Assembly (NCBI GenBank): GCA_028534125.1 | Contig: CM052852.1 | Location: forward strand, 64,790,001 to 64,854,000 | DNA length: 64,000 nucleotides | Direction: 5' to 3' | Origin: Lama glama | Lineage: Eukaryota | The notes under the pieces: model-generated | The model's database searches: none | What the model was told of the DNA's origin: nothing | What the model saw: the letters and a program-made list of their open reading frames with translations, nothing else | In this document: piece by piece, positions 1-61,149 of the stretch | How the letters are laid out: each line of letters starts with the position of its first letter | Numbering within the stretch: the first letter of the stretch is position 1 | Made by a program: the position numbers and the translations under genes

Positions 1-164
1 GAAGGCTTATATTTCAGGATCAGGATTTTTGACTTAATCAATCCTGAAGACAATTGGGAAACAGAATTTTTTTGAATGTGGAAGGAGTTTCTTTTTCTCC
101 TTTTTGCTTTCCTGAATTTTCTCATATTTCTATATTGGACATATATCAATTTTATATTATAACT

Positions 165-1050
165 GCTTTAGAAAAAATGTAACTCACATATCATATAACT
201 CACCAATTTAAAGTGTACAATTCAATGGCTTTAGATATATTTAGAGTTGAGCAGCCATCACCACAATCAATTTTAGAACAATTTCATCATTTCCAAAAAG
301 AAACCTGTACTTTCCACTTCCTCCTAAATCCCTTCTCCTCCACCTTAGGAAACCTCTACCTTCTGTGTCTATGAATTTGTCTATTCTGGACATTTCCTAT
401 AAATGGAATCATGTAAACTGTGGCTTTTTGTGTTTGGCTTCTTTTAATTAGCAGAGTATTTTCAAGGTTCATCTGTGCTGTAGCATGGATCAGTACTTCA
501 TTTCTTTTTATTTCCAGATAATATTCCATTGTATACACATACTACATTTTATTTATTCATTCGTGAGTTGATGGAAACTTGGGTTGCTTCCCCTTTTGGC
601 TATCATGAATAATGCTGCTTTGAACATATTTATGTACACATTTTTGTGGGGACATAGATTTTCAGTTCTCTTGGGTATGTGACTACATTGGAGTGGAATT
701 GCTGGGTCACATGGTAACTCTATGCTTAACTGTTTGAGTAATTGACAGATTGCTTTCCAAAGCAGCTGCATTATTTTGCATTCCCACCAGCAGTGTATAA
801 GGGTTCTAATTTCTCCACATCTTTGCCAATACTTGTTGTTATCTGCCTTCTCAATTATTCCCATCTTAGTGGATGTGAAGTAGATATCTCATTGTGGTTT
901 TGATTTGCGTTTCTCTGATGGATAATAATGATGAGCATCTTTTTATGTGCTTATTGAATATTTGTACATCTTTTTTTTGAAAAATGTCTGTTCAAATCCT
1001 TTCCTCATTTTAAATTGGTTTATTTGTCTTTTTATTATTCAGTTGTCGGT
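165..1050 (-). mobile_element. Old L1 (L1MB-like) 3' UTR and ORF2 end
   Basis: Typical motifs aaagtgtacaattcaatgg, aaatggaatcat, ggaattgctgggtcacatggtaactctatg, cattcccaccagcagtgtat; ORFs 356..538 and 553..864 translate to decayed L1 ORF2 C-terminal-like peptides. Confidence 0.85.
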
Positions 1051-1084
1051 GCTCCTACAACTAAAGAATACCTGGATGTAGGTA

Positions 1085-1302
1085 GTACATCCAGTGGAGG
1101 GTCTTGTAAGTCATTTAAGGACTTCGTCTTTACTCTGAGAGGAGTATGTAACCATTGGATAGTTGATTTATGTTGAATGCCCTGTTGAGAATATAGTTAG
1201 GCAGGCAAGGATAGGAGCAAGGAGATCAGTTAAGGGACTATTGCAACAATCCAAGCAAAAGATGAAGATTCCTTGGATCAGACGGGTTGCAGTAAAGGTG
1301 AT
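1085..1302 (-). mobile_element. L2 fragment
   Basis: ggagcaaggagatcagttaagggactattgcaacaatccaagcaaaagatga resembles antisense L2. Confidence 0.55.
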
Positions 1303-1345
1303 CATGTTTTATATATACACACATTCACACACACACAGTAATATA

Positions 1346-1831
1346 CAGATGGTACCTGACTTAACAATGTTTCGCTGTCAATTTTTCGACTTCACGATGG
1401 TGCAAAAGCAATATGCATTCAATAGAAATCATACTTTGAATTTTGAATTTTGATCTCTCTCTGGGCTAGTGATGTGTAATACGATACTCTCTGGTGATGC
1501 TGGGCAGTGCGCTCAGTCAGCCAGGCAATCATGAGGGGAAACAACCGACACACTGACAACCATTCTGTACCCAGACAGCCATTTAGTTTTTCACTTTTAA
1601 TGCGACACTTTATTATAAAATGCACTTTGTGTTAGATGACTTTGCCCCACTGTAGGCTCACAGAAGTGTTGTGAGCATGTTTAAGGTAGACTAGTCTAAG
1701 CTATGATGGAGGTTATGTGTATTAAGATACGACGTAGGTTAGGTGTATTAAATGCATGTTCAACTCAAAATATTTTCAAGTTACAATTGGTTTATTGGGA
1801 CATAACCCCATCATAAATGGAGGAAGATCTG
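1346..1831 (-). mobile_element. MER47/Tigger5-family non-autonomous DNA transposon
   Basis: Imperfect terminal inverted repeats cagatg.../...gatctg, TA on the left flank; internal taagctatgatg, ggtgtattaaatgcat, taaccccatcataa match remembered MER47 consensus. Confidence 0.8.
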
Positions 1832-4800
1832 TCTTTCTTTTTAATCAGTTTTACTGAGGTTTACTTTAAACATAATAAGATTACCTGACTTTAATTGTAT
1901 GATTCAGTTATGGGTCAACTATGTCTTCTATGGAGGCTGTAATGCTTCCTGCTAAAATAAATTGAAATAGCTAGATTTTCCCCAAGAGCTGTGTCTCATG
2001 GTTTTAAGAGTATTACACAATGGCTTTGGCAATATAAGAAGGGAAAGATTTGCTAACTTATTGAAGAACTAGTTATTTCAGCCAAAGATAGATGAGGACT
2101 TGAAATACAAATGTGAGACCCAGGCTTGCCTTGAGCAGCACAAGTTTTCACCAATCCAGAGCACATAACTGGTTGCTATCCCCAGATGGAAGCCACCAGT
2201 GTTAGCAAAGATTTCTTGCTTTTGGATGTAGATGGGGGAAAAATGGGGTGCATACTCACACTGTCTACACACTTCACTAACTAGGACCCTTGTAGTCCAG
2301 TTCTACACAGGACCAGATCTCTAAAAATGGCTACTGTATTATAGAAGAGGAAACACTTCCCTGCATTTGGATTGCCAGCCAAAACTCATTCAGCGCAGTG
2401 GCTACTATTGAAGATATTCCATTTGGCCAGGATATTTTAAAAGGCTAATAAGAATAATAATAGCTACCATTTATTGAGTACCTACTATGTGACTGGATGA
2501 GCATCTTGATATGTGAACTTTTTCATTCTTCACAACCCCATAATTCATAGGTATCCTCTTTTTATAATGGAAACTAACACTTCGATAAGAAAGTAAAATG
2601 CAGTTCTAGCTCTCAAATCTAAACTCTTAAACCCATATCAGCCTAAGAGTAACCCACAATTTAAGAGCTTCCAGTGAGTTGACAGCACACGATCGAATCT
2701 AGTTGAGGCAAGAGCAAACGAGGTGGTGGGAGCCAGAACAGAGCATTTTTGGTGCTGGGTTGCTATTCTACTAGGAATGATGATTTTACCCTCATGATTT
2801 TATTTTTGGTGGGAAACTCCACTACCCAGAGACTTCTATGGGGAAAGAAGTGGAGGGTATGGACATTTATGAAGCTGATATAGTATATAGCTAGACTAAA
2901 GTAGAAACTACTAGAAACATACAGATTGCCGCCCCCCTCCCAGGCATTTTGCAGCAACCCTGAGTGGAAGAAGCATGCGTGCAATGTTGGAATACGATGA
3001 CGAGCTGCATGCAGGGGTGCTGAGCCATGCTGAGGAATCGGAGGCCTCCCTGGGGAGCCCAAAATGATTGCCTTGTCTATGGGCAGGGAGAAAAATGGAG
3101 TGAACCTATTGCAGTAGACCACAGTGTATACTCCAGCCAGTAGGTAATTAAGGGAATGCCACTGGGCCACCAGTCATATGCTGGCCAGCCAAGGAAGTGC
3201 CCCTCCAGGCAGGGTTCATTTCTTTACTTCTTAAACACTTAAGAGTCTGAGGAGCCAAACTTGTACTTGTCCTGGCTCCTGAGGCTGTAGGTGGTGTCGC
3301 CAGATACCATAACAATGATGGGGAACAACATGATTGGAAATGATTCATTACCGTGTGTGTAGGTGAGGGGTGAGGAGCCTCCTTCAGGTGTGATACCAAG
3401 ATGGGGAAAGGAAAGTTAGTAGAAAACCTGAAGACCTGAGAAATGAGGCAAACTGAAGTGGGTATGGGCACCTTATGGATCATTAAACCCGTGGCCATGT
3501 GCTGAGCCTCACATTTCCCATCAGAGGAGCAGTGGCTCCCAGAAGGTCATAGAGAGTGCAAAGGCCCTGCACACCCGACATTGCCTCCTTTATAGTACAG
3601 ATGTTAGCATAGGTGATGTCAAGGCTTTGACTTCTTTAATAATCTATAAAATGCTATGATTGATACATCATTTGAAGGAGGGCCTAAGGTAGGTGTTAAT
3701 AACCATCAAAATGATACAGATAAGTTAGAAACAATCATAAGTGTGTACCGTGGAGCTAAATAAAAAGGTTTTCATTGATTCTGGAACTAATGTTTTTGAT
3801 CCTCTTATGAGCACTAATGACAGGGAAATGCTCTAGATGACAGATAGTTATCCTGGTACCACAGGCTACTCTGATGTTAATACGCATGTCTGTGTCATTG
3901 ATAAACACATCATTCTAAGTGGCATCCACGTAACTCTGTCATAGGAGAGATAACTTCAACAGAATTGAGAAATTCACAAATGCAGCTTCTTATGAGAAAC
4001 TCTTGAGATGGTGGGCAATAAAACCTTCGTTGTTTGGGCTTTGATAATATGGGCCTGCCCACAATGTGGTATCTGCATCATTTTGATGGTAGATGTGTTG
4101 GTGTTGATGAGATTGATGGTAACATATGGAATCCAGAAAGTATTTATTCAAAGGACTTAGAAGACTCTAAACTGCAAACTGGGACAATATTGTCTTTTCC
4201 ACAGTCAAGTCTTATGATAGAAGTATCCTGAAAGCAGATGATGATGATGCCACAGGCACTTGTGCTTTAGGTGAAAAACAGCTTCCCAAACACAATGCAC
4301 CACAAATTAGAAAAATCATTGCTGAAAGTGGCAAAGGAGCAATAAGACCAGAGATTAAGATCTTCCTGGAGGGGAATGAACAGCTTAGTTTGGTAATCCC
4401 TGCTCTCTACTTGAATGCTACAGGAGTAACTTTATCTCATTCAAGTGTGATTAAAATTGTTTTGAAATTATGTCACACATCCATTTAACTATGAAGGGGA
4501 TTTTAACTACCACTTGCTAATGTCTGTTCAAAAGAGTATAGAAAGAAAATGTGGAAAGCATGGTGGGGCTCTTAATCTGCGCCTCTCAGGACACATCAAG
4601 AGGTTTATTCTGTAGTATAACATTTTTGGAACATAACATCCTCATCCTGTATTTTAAAGCACGGCAATTCAGTTTTACTTGTAGAATTTAAGTTGTTTCT
4701 CATTATGAATTTTATTCTCGTGTGACACTGTTGGCTGAGGGGTCTATCAATCCATGTCCACAAGGAAGAACTCATAAGTAATTATATTTGTGCTCCTGGC

Positions 4801-5026
4801 TTCCCCAGGGAGGCCTCAGAAGTGCCTGAAGAGAAAGTGGGAAGTCTTACTGAGATGGACAGGACTAGTGAACTAAGTGGAATTAAGTTAGGGAGGAACT
4901 TCTTGATACCAAGGTAATTAGTAGTTGATGGTGGAAGTGGACTGGGGCATGATCTCCAATCTGCAGTCTACCTCTTTGCTGTGACCTCTGATATATCATG
5001 TAGTTTGTGGCTTTTCTTGTTAGAAA

Positions 5027-5120
5027 TTTTATTGAGATAATTACAGATCCACATGGAGTTGTAAGAACTAATACAGAGAGATCCCTGTGAGTCTTTACCC
5101 ATTTTCCCCCAATGGTAACA
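5027..5120 (-). mobile_element. Short L1M (L1MC-like) 3' end fragment
   Basis: gttgtaagaactaatacagagagatccc...cccccaatggtaaca motif. Confidence 0.6.
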
Positions 5121-7077
5121 GAGTCTGTTGCTTCGTACTTTGTGGGAATGTATACCTCTAGGAAACAGGATGAGGGTACTCTAGTGAAAACACTGAAGTA
5201 CATGTAGAATGGAGCCAAACTGCCAATTTCCTTTTTATTCCAAGGAGGGCTGCTTGGGAGAAAATGGAGACTTTATAAAGTAATGGCTACAGTTGACTCT
5301 GCAGATTAACTTCTGTGGAAGGTGGTGGGCCTGAAAGGGGCGGGGCTATGCACAGGTTGACCTGAGGAGCCCCAGGAAGGGAGAGGAGAAAACGAAGACC
5401 ATTCTTGTTCCTTGCTTCAGTGAAGTGCCACCAAGAACCACCAAAATGGGTCCAAAGACGTAACAGAATTGGTTGGTTTCATGGGAAGGGTTCTTGTTGT
5501 CAGGTATGGAAAAACAAGCAAGTAAAAAGTACCCTACTAGGAAACAACAAGTGGATGAGTCACCCCAGAGGCTACTGGTGCCGGGGACTGGTGTGGCTTT
5601 TGAAGATATAGAGAAGTAGGGTGGCACAGCAGCCAAGGGAAGGTGGCATTGGTACAGGATTAGCAGAAGGCAATGACAGCAGGGGCGCTCGACGCAGGTA
5701 TGTGGAAAGCCACCAGATGCCACCCAAGTGTCTGGAGGCCAGGGCGCCATGGGCTGTAGAGAACAACCAGGGTGGGTGAGGCACCTCAGGTGTCACCCCT
5801 CCCCACTTGAGGAGGAGGGTTGGGGACTTAGATGAGGCTAGAGTTCTGGCAGCTGAACTAGTAGGGCTGAGCTGTGCAGTGAGACGTTTATCATTGTTTG
5901 GGACACTGTTCCTCTGAGTTATGACAAATAGAAATGTCTTTGAAATTTTATTTTCTGATGGAAGATACTGCTAATTTGCTAACACATAAAAAAGTATTTC
6001 TATTTAATTTAACAGGGATAGAAAAATAGTGGGAGGAAACCTGTCAGTCAAAGTTAGGATATGAGGCTGCTAGTGGGAGAGGTAACCTCATAATTCCTAC
6101 ACGTGGGCAGTAGAGAAGTTGGCTGAAGGCTAATTACTTGGGATTCTCATTTAAATGCCCATTCCGATGTGCAGACATGTCTCTTTTGCTTTGAACATGG
6201 AGAGATTCAATGAGGGGAATAAAGCTTGCATGTAAATCCGGTGAACTAAAAAAAAAACACCCAATAGCATTTGGTAAGATACATAATCTTTTGAAGGGAA
6301 TACAGTACCACTGGGTATCCACTTACACAAAGGTATGAAATTATGTACACATGCTCCAGAAGGAAGGCTATGCCCATTGTACAAGCAGTACTAGGGGAAC
6401 AAACCTCTAGTTTGCTAAATCTCTGGTGTTTTTACCTTAGGTCTTGAGGACTCAAAAGAGTGTCTGACAAACCCGATTCCAGTACATGCATCGAGCAGTT
6501 TTCAATGAACTTTTCTGTCATTTAGTCACACTTGAAGGTGGTTTTTAAAAGAAAAGTTATCTTTATCAGAAACGTCCACAGTGCCCAACATATAACATGA
6601 GCTCAATAAATCCTTTTGGAATGAAAGAATGAATGAATGAATGAATGAGTGTTCTCAGTAAAGTAGGTTTGGAATCTCTCCTGTGACCTGTGGCCCTTGA
6701 CACCAGGTATAAGACAAAAGCTAAGCATTACACAGATGGCTTTACTCCAGAATTTTCCTAGCAGAAGGATGAGCAAACACAAATTATTTATCACATATGG
6801 TTTCTTTGGGCAGATTTCCTTCATGACCTCTTGGATCTGCCAGGCTTTTGCCCTGCATCGAGTATACACAATCGTCTCTCTGAGCTATTCCATGTAAAAA
6901 CCAGATGGTGACTCTGGGTCTGAGTTGTTTAGTGGTGGGGTCTGCAGGACATTGCCTGTATTGCTTACAAGGCCAGACACTTCCCTGCATCGATACTTGG
7001 GAGAGAATGCTACTCTCCAACCTGTGAAGCAGGTAAATGTCTGATGCCAAGCGGGTAGCTGGAAAGGTGACAGAAGA

Positions 7078-7233
7078 NNNNNNNNNNNNNNNNNNNNNNN
7101 NNNNNNNNNNNNNNNNNNNNNNNNNNNNNNNNNNNNNNNNNNNNNNNNNNNNNNNNNNNNNNNNNNNNNNNNNNNNNNNNNNNNNNNNNNNNNNNNNNNN
7201 NNNNNNNNNNNNNNNNNNNNNNNNNNNNNNNNN
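7078..7233. other. Assembly gap (others at 10651..10782, 13013..13200, 13241..13478, 16558..16801, 56827..56963, 61777..61933)
   Basis: Runs of N. Confidence 0.97.
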
Positions 7234-8382
7234 AACAAAAGTCCTCAAAAAGATCGAATGCTGAGGTCAGAAGGATGGAACCATACCATCAGCAGGTCCA
7301 CAAAAGAAATAACTTACTGAAAAAAATCAAACAAACAAAAAGACCATAAATACCTTTAATCCAAAGTTACAGAAGAATTTCACTACACATGGGTTTACAG
7401 ATAACACATTTCAACAAAAGTAATGCACAGCCAAATGAGATACAATTCTGATAAACAATGAAATGTAGATCCTCCTCAACTGGTTTTGTCCGGCTATTAT
7501 GAATATAATCCCAGTACACATCACTACCCTGTGACCTGTCTCCTCCTTGCTGATGTACTGAGATTTAAAATTCAACCCACTAATGGTTATAGAGTTCCAT
7601 GAAAGGTGTCATCATCACTAATGACTATAGTATATGCGGGTCCATAAAGCACACCACACACAAGCACACACACTGAACCGGAATTTCACACTCAAGGCTG
7701 GTTGGCACTGCTGTAGGCAGGGCATTGGGACTGTCCACTGACTATCGGTTTATCCTCTTCCCAGTAGCATACTCATCCAACTGGCCCATCCCTCAGGGAG
7801 TTGTCATCAGAAATGCTATCTTTGGTTCCCAACAAGTAGATATGTCAACACTCCTTAATGCTAATAGCATGTAATCACCTTTCCCTTTTTCTCTCTGCAA
7901 TCTGCAAGTGCTCAGGCCCACTCAGTAGTCCCAGTCATTAAAATGCATGGGTTCTGCCATCTTGTGCCATTTAAGAAGTAAACTCTAGAAAGCCCAACAC
8001 CGCTTCAGAGGAACGGAGAGGCCCAAGTACAGTTCTACTCTAGCAAGTGTGACAGTGTATCTCTGTTCTAGTAGCAAATACTGGCCACAGCTTAATGAAA
8101 CCCAGACTTTACATACAGACTGTATGGAAGATGAAAATGGGAACACTCAACAGAAAAAGGACGTTAAAACAACAACAAAACAACTGTGAAAAAACTGGAA
8201 GGCTGCCACAAGTTTTATCAACATTCCCTAGTATTATTAACTTCATGTACTTGAGGGTTTTTTTTTTTTGGCATTATTGTACCTAGTTCTATTGTTTAAC
8301 TGCAACATAAGAGACCCAGGCTTAAGCAGGTGATATTTGCCATCACGTTAGCAGGTTGAATTTGCAAGGCAACCTATAGTAC

Positions 8383-8566
8383 CACAGAATGTTAGAGCCT
8401 TTGGAAAGGCCTTACAGAACCAGTCCAAGAGCCTTATTTTCTAGATGAGGATATGGCCACAAAATAGTTAAGTGACTTGCCCAAGGTCACCCAGTAAGTT
8501 AGTGATAGATCCTATATTGGAATCCAAGTATCCTTACTTCCGGGCTAGTACTTCTTCCACTGCATC
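8383..8566 (-). mobile_element. MIR-family SINE inside putative 3' UTR
   Basis: MIR core gttaagtgacttgcccaaggtcacccag. Confidence 0.7.
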
Positions 8567-11500
8567 CGACTAATTCTCTCTAATTGCTGTTGGTTTCCTC
8601 TTAGGTCCTAAATCAGGTGAACACGGTACCTTGCCTTATTGCTGGTATTATGGGATAGCACTCACCTGATGGCAGCTTCCAAAGGAGACCCTGATGGCAC
8701 TAACCAGCCTCTCTCAGTTTATCTTGCAAGTGTGACTACATTACGTGGCAGTAAGTGCTACCTGTTGTTATTAGAGTCTACTTGAACACAGAAGTGTGCG
8801 CGTGGAAGAGATATCTCAGTTCCCGCATTTGCAGATTCAGTTAGACATTGTTTAATATTAAACAGACTCTCCCAATGCATGAGGAGTTAGGTTATATTCA
8901 TTTGGTCACTAAAGGACTGTGGGATGAGAAAAGGAGTGAAAAAAAAAACATGAAAGCTAACCAACAGAAAGATTATATCAGAAACAAACTTCTTATGAAA
9001 AAATTCTTTCTTAGGAAAAATATTTCCATTATTTCCAAGGTCCCATTTATTTCCTTCCCAATCCACATGCAAATATATGTTCAGAATTGTGTGTTAAGTT
9101 CACTCCAAATCCCAGGCCTATTAGACTGTCAGTTTACAAATGCTGAATTTCAGTCTTCTTGCTCAGAGACTGGGAGAAGCTTGCATCACTGGCCATGCCT
9201 TTGTTTAACCAAATATTAACTGTGAGTAGCTCAGAAAAGGACCATGAGATTCAAAACTGGGGATGGCAGGGCTAAGGCTCTCCAAAGTAGATGTATGTTG
9301 AGAATGGCCAAAGAAAAGGCTGTGGGTTCTCTGGGTATTAGGTCTGCTCTCGGTGAGACTGCGGAACATCTGAGGCCACTACCCCATTATAAAAGCCCTC
9401 ACCTACAATTTCTTTGATGACTTAGAAAGAAATTCCTCTCTCTGGGTAGCTAGTCTCCCTTTTTTAAAATGATGGTAGTTACTGCGTACAACCTATAATC
9501 AGGCAAGACAGAAAGCACATAGAGGCCACCATCTCAGGCCAAAGCTAAAAGGACGGTGCCTGAATGCCAACAGGCCAAGGCAGTTCTAAATATTTGTCTT
9601 AATGTTTTCACAGCCAGCTTTTAAGTGCAAGTCGTAACTTCTGAAATCAACAGGACTTGCCTACTGGTCATTAAAAGAAAATCCTACCTGAATGATGTTA
9701 CATCCTGTTGGCCAAGGAAGTGGCTGGGACTGGGGAATCTTAGCCTTCTATTCTTCTAAAATTCAACCTGAAAATCTAGTAAAATGATCCAGAAAGGTGA
9801 TACTTGAAACAGATGTTATCCAGGGGGCTAATCGAAGGTCAGCCCTCCAATCTAAAGTAACCAAAACAGAAACCTCAATACCATACCAAAGTGGGGGGCA
9901 GCCAGTTTTACAGCAGAAGGATGTGTTTGGAGTTCTAATAGCAACATCTCCCTAGCCTTAACTTATAGATACTAGTCCCCTAAGAAAGCACGTGCCATGC
10001 CCGAGCGTGTGCCAAACTCAGCACCCAGGCAAATATAAAGCCTATGGAATAATTGTAACTAGCAAATATCTGTGCCCTGCATGCTCTGGGCTCTGGCCAG
10101 AAGGTGTCTGCTTCCGGCGTCTTTTCTATGTTTCTATAGTCCCCTTTCTGATGTTTATTTATTATAAAGCAATATTATAACAACATCAAAGAAAATTGTG
10201 AAAAGAAAAAAAATTTCACATAATCCCACCACCCTAACACAACTGATTTCAATTATCTGTGTTCCCAGTCTTTGTCCATATGCACGCTTATTACTACATA
10301 GTCGTAATCTCTGCTTATGTTATTTAAAAGTGATTTTATAGATTCTCTCTGAGAACTGGCAGCCCTATTAGAAATAAACAACCCATTGAGCAAAGGAATA
10401 TAATTATTTACACGATCTTTGAGCTGAGAAATATCCTTTATAGACAAACATCTCAAACTATCAAAACAGTTATACAGACGACAGGAAGCAATTTTGTATT
10501 TCTTTTTCTTTTAGCAATGGAATGTGCTTCACAGGGGAGGGAAAGATGGGGGGATCAGGTGGTTAAACTCAAACATTGGGTTGCAATTCACAAGCCTGAA
10601 AGAAATCTGAATAACACAATTAAAGAATAAATACTTGAGTTGAATCTTCTNNNNNNNNNNNNNNNNNNNNNNNNNNNNNNNNNNNNNNNNNNNNNNNNNN
10701 NNNNNNNNNNNNNNNNNNNNNNNNNNNNNNNNNNNNNNNNNNNNNNNNNNNNNNNNNNNNNNNNNNNNNNNNNNNNNNNNNNAAAAATCCTCACGGGATT
10801 ATGACAACGTACCGGATCCTTGCTACAACATTAATGTTCTCTTCTTTCTTAAATAAATAATCTCTACTGTGCTTCTCACCCTTCCCTGACTTTCCCACTG
10901 CCCTACCCCTATCTCAGGACATTTTGGAATCAACATTCGACGATGCACCCTCATCATCTCAGGGCACGCCAGCGACTTTTAAAGATCCGGATAGACTCAC
11001 CTGTGTCAAGATGAGCTTTAAAAAAATCCAGGGAAAGGGAATAAACTATTAACCATCTGGAGTCCAACTTGGTCAAGTGTACCAAATGTGAATCCTTCAG
11101 CATCATTTTGGCAGGAGAAACAGCTTCTCTCTAATACTCATTAGAAATATACATAACTCTCCAACACGGGGAAGGGCCTTTAGAAGCTGTTCTCATTTTA
11201 AAGTTTACATAGATATAAGTTTGTAAGAGTAAAGCCTACTGGGGTATATAGTCTCATAAAATCTTGGTACAACGGGATGTGATAAAGACGTACCGGGCCC
11301 CTCGTTTGTTAGTATGCTGAATTGAAAGCATAGAAGAGCAGCCATTTCTCTACTTACAGTAATCTGAAGGATCACTGCTCCAGGTCTCCCCCTACCAAAA
11401 AAAGGGCCTTTATGACATACAAGGGATGCTAACGGACACCTAGGGCTTCCCAACCAGGGTTGGGGCTCTCTCCACTGGCAGGGCTTAGTTACCCATGCAC

Positions 11501-12943
11501 CGAATTCTGTTTGCATCCCAGGTATCATTTCATTGAATTCCCTGGCACTATGAATGAAAAATTTAAAAAATACTTAATTTTAAAAGAAATAAAAATTAAG
11601 GCCTCTCTCTCTCTCTCTCTTATGAAAACACTATGGCATTAAAAATTTCAGGCCCAGCCATTTTTGTGACGTATAACATAGTATGCTTCAAATTAATATT
11701 ACCGTTCGATCTTCTTTTTACATTTGTTGTTGTATCTCACTGTGGACATTTTCTGGGGGTGAGGGTTAAGCCCCATCCAAATTTCATAGTCAAAGAAAAC
11801 AATAGGAAAATAGGAAATCCACCAGTGGTGTCATTTCCTGAACATAAACATGTGCACTGTATGGTTAGCAGAAACTCTCTAAAGAAAGTGCTTTCATTTT
11901 AAGGAATGGATAGATGATGACATGGATGGATGTGCCTCGGCAGAGAAGGAGAGAGGCCCAGGTCATTGATCTCTTTCCCTCTCTTGCTGAATGTAGATAG
12001 GTTCTATTCAGATTCTTGACATACTATAGATCAAGAAACCTGCTACTGCACGAACTGCTAGCTTTTCAAAGGCTTAGAGAAACAACTCAGCAGAATTTAT
12101 AAAACTGACAATACACTCGAAAGAGAAGCATATCCTTTTCTATGCAGACACCCTCCAGATGTTTTTCTACTCTCAGAAGATTCAGGAAGTGCCAACTGTT
12201 AAATTCCTAATAAACTGATACATGGTGAAATAACAGTCAAATTTTCAGATTTTCGCCAAGTCCCAAAAGGAATTCAGTTGGGCTATATGACTGCAAACCC
12301 AAATTCTGTTCACAGGAGAACCTCAAAATCTTTACACACGTGTTTGAAATTCAAAAGCCCAAAGAACTAAGGATGATCACACCACCTCTGGAGACAGAAA
12401 TTGGTGATACACAGGTAAAATGGGAACAAATACTTCAAGCCAAATGTTGATCGGGATGTAGTTTTCCTCCCATTTCTTATAGAGTTGAATGCTTACAATA
12501 TTTCTGTTCTCCAGATCTTTTAAAAATTATTTAAAACGTTGTAAATTGTCAAGATTAATCATTCTTATCATCAGCAAATGTCAGTTAATGGGTCTGTTGC
12601 CTCCCGATGTGCCGATTTCACAGTGTATATGTTCCACAAGCACAAGAGAGGATTAAATTCGGAATCTTAATCTTCGTTTACTTACTATCCAGCAAGGATT
12701 TCAGTACTGCACACTTAGATTGTTTTCCTTTCGGCTCTTAGAGAAAGTCCCAGCTGTGTTTAAGTATGGTTTCTCCTATCAGGATTTCCTAGGTTTAGGA
12801 CCTGGACTCACCCAATTGGAGTGCCACAGTTTTGATGTGTCTTTTTTCAGGTATCATGAGATGAACGAGCTGGTTTACAAATGATAAATCAACTACCTCT
12901 TAAGCAGCATCATGAAAATGTGATAAGATTTCACCATTTGAAC

Positions 12944-12949
12944 TTTATT
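12944..12949 (-). terminator. Candidate proximal polyadenylation signal AATAAA
   Basis: tttatt on + strand ~740 nt after the stop, with UGUA (taca 12956..12959) just upstream in the mRNA. Confidence 0.45.
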
Positions 12950-13687
12950 TAGATATACAGTTTTTAAAAGCCCTTCCTGAACATACATATTCCTCTCTGC
13001 TTTTGGAAAATGNNNNNNNNNNNNNNNNNNNNNNNNNNNNNNNNNNNNNNNNNNNNNNNNNNNNNNNNNNNNNNNNNNNNNNNNNNNNNNNNNNNNNNNN
13101 NNNNNNNNNNNNNNNNNNNNNNNNNNNNNNNNNNNNNNNNNNNNNNNNNNNNNNNNNNNNNNNNNNNNNNNNNNNNNNNNNNNNNNNNNNNNNNNNNNNN
13201 TACTTTCTTTTTTTTAAAAAAAACGTTTTGACATCTTTTTNNNNNNNNNNNNNNNNNNNNNNNNNNNNNNNNNNNNNNNNNNNNNNNNNNNNNNNNNNNN
13301 NNNNNNNNNNNNNNNNNNNNNNNNNNNNNNNNNNNNNNNNNNNNNNNNNNNNNNNNNNNNNNNNNNNNNNNNNNNNNNNNNNNNNNNNNNNNNNNNNNNN
13401 NNNNNNNNNNNNNNNNNNNNNNNNNNNNNNNNNNNNNNNNNNNNNNNNNNNNNNNNNNNNNNNNNNNNNNNNNNNNNNCATTGCCGCCCTGTTTGGGCTG
13501 CGATTCAGGCTTACAAATAAATTACATAATCTGAGGGAGTAGGAAAAAGGCTTATAAGAAGTTTCTATTCATTTGAAAGTTAAAGAAGCCCCACCCCATG
13601 TGACTGTCTTTTCTTCCATCTTTCCTGCAGCGGAGTTTTACCTCAGCCTTACTCGGGAGGGAGGTGGAGGGGGTAAGGCTTGCAGTC

Positions 13688-61149
<47,462 letters not shown>

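Larger units (their letters stand above)
7100..13687 (-). other. PAK3: Putative long PAK3 3' UTR (distal end uncertain, possibly in or near the gap 7078..7233)
   Basis: Directly follows the stop codon; ~6.5 kb is poor in recognisable repeats relative to the introns; mammalian PAK3 is recalled to have a multi-kb 3' UTR. Extent is inference. Confidence 0.5.

Noticed and set aside
356-864. ORFs of 60 and 103 aa with L1 ORF2-like peptides
   Set aside because: Decayed fragments of an old L1, not a host gene
6784-7264. Long ORFs spanning N runs (also 10588, 12945-13542, 16530-16914, 56721-57005, 61739-61976)
   Set aside because: Artefacts of gaps lacking stop codons
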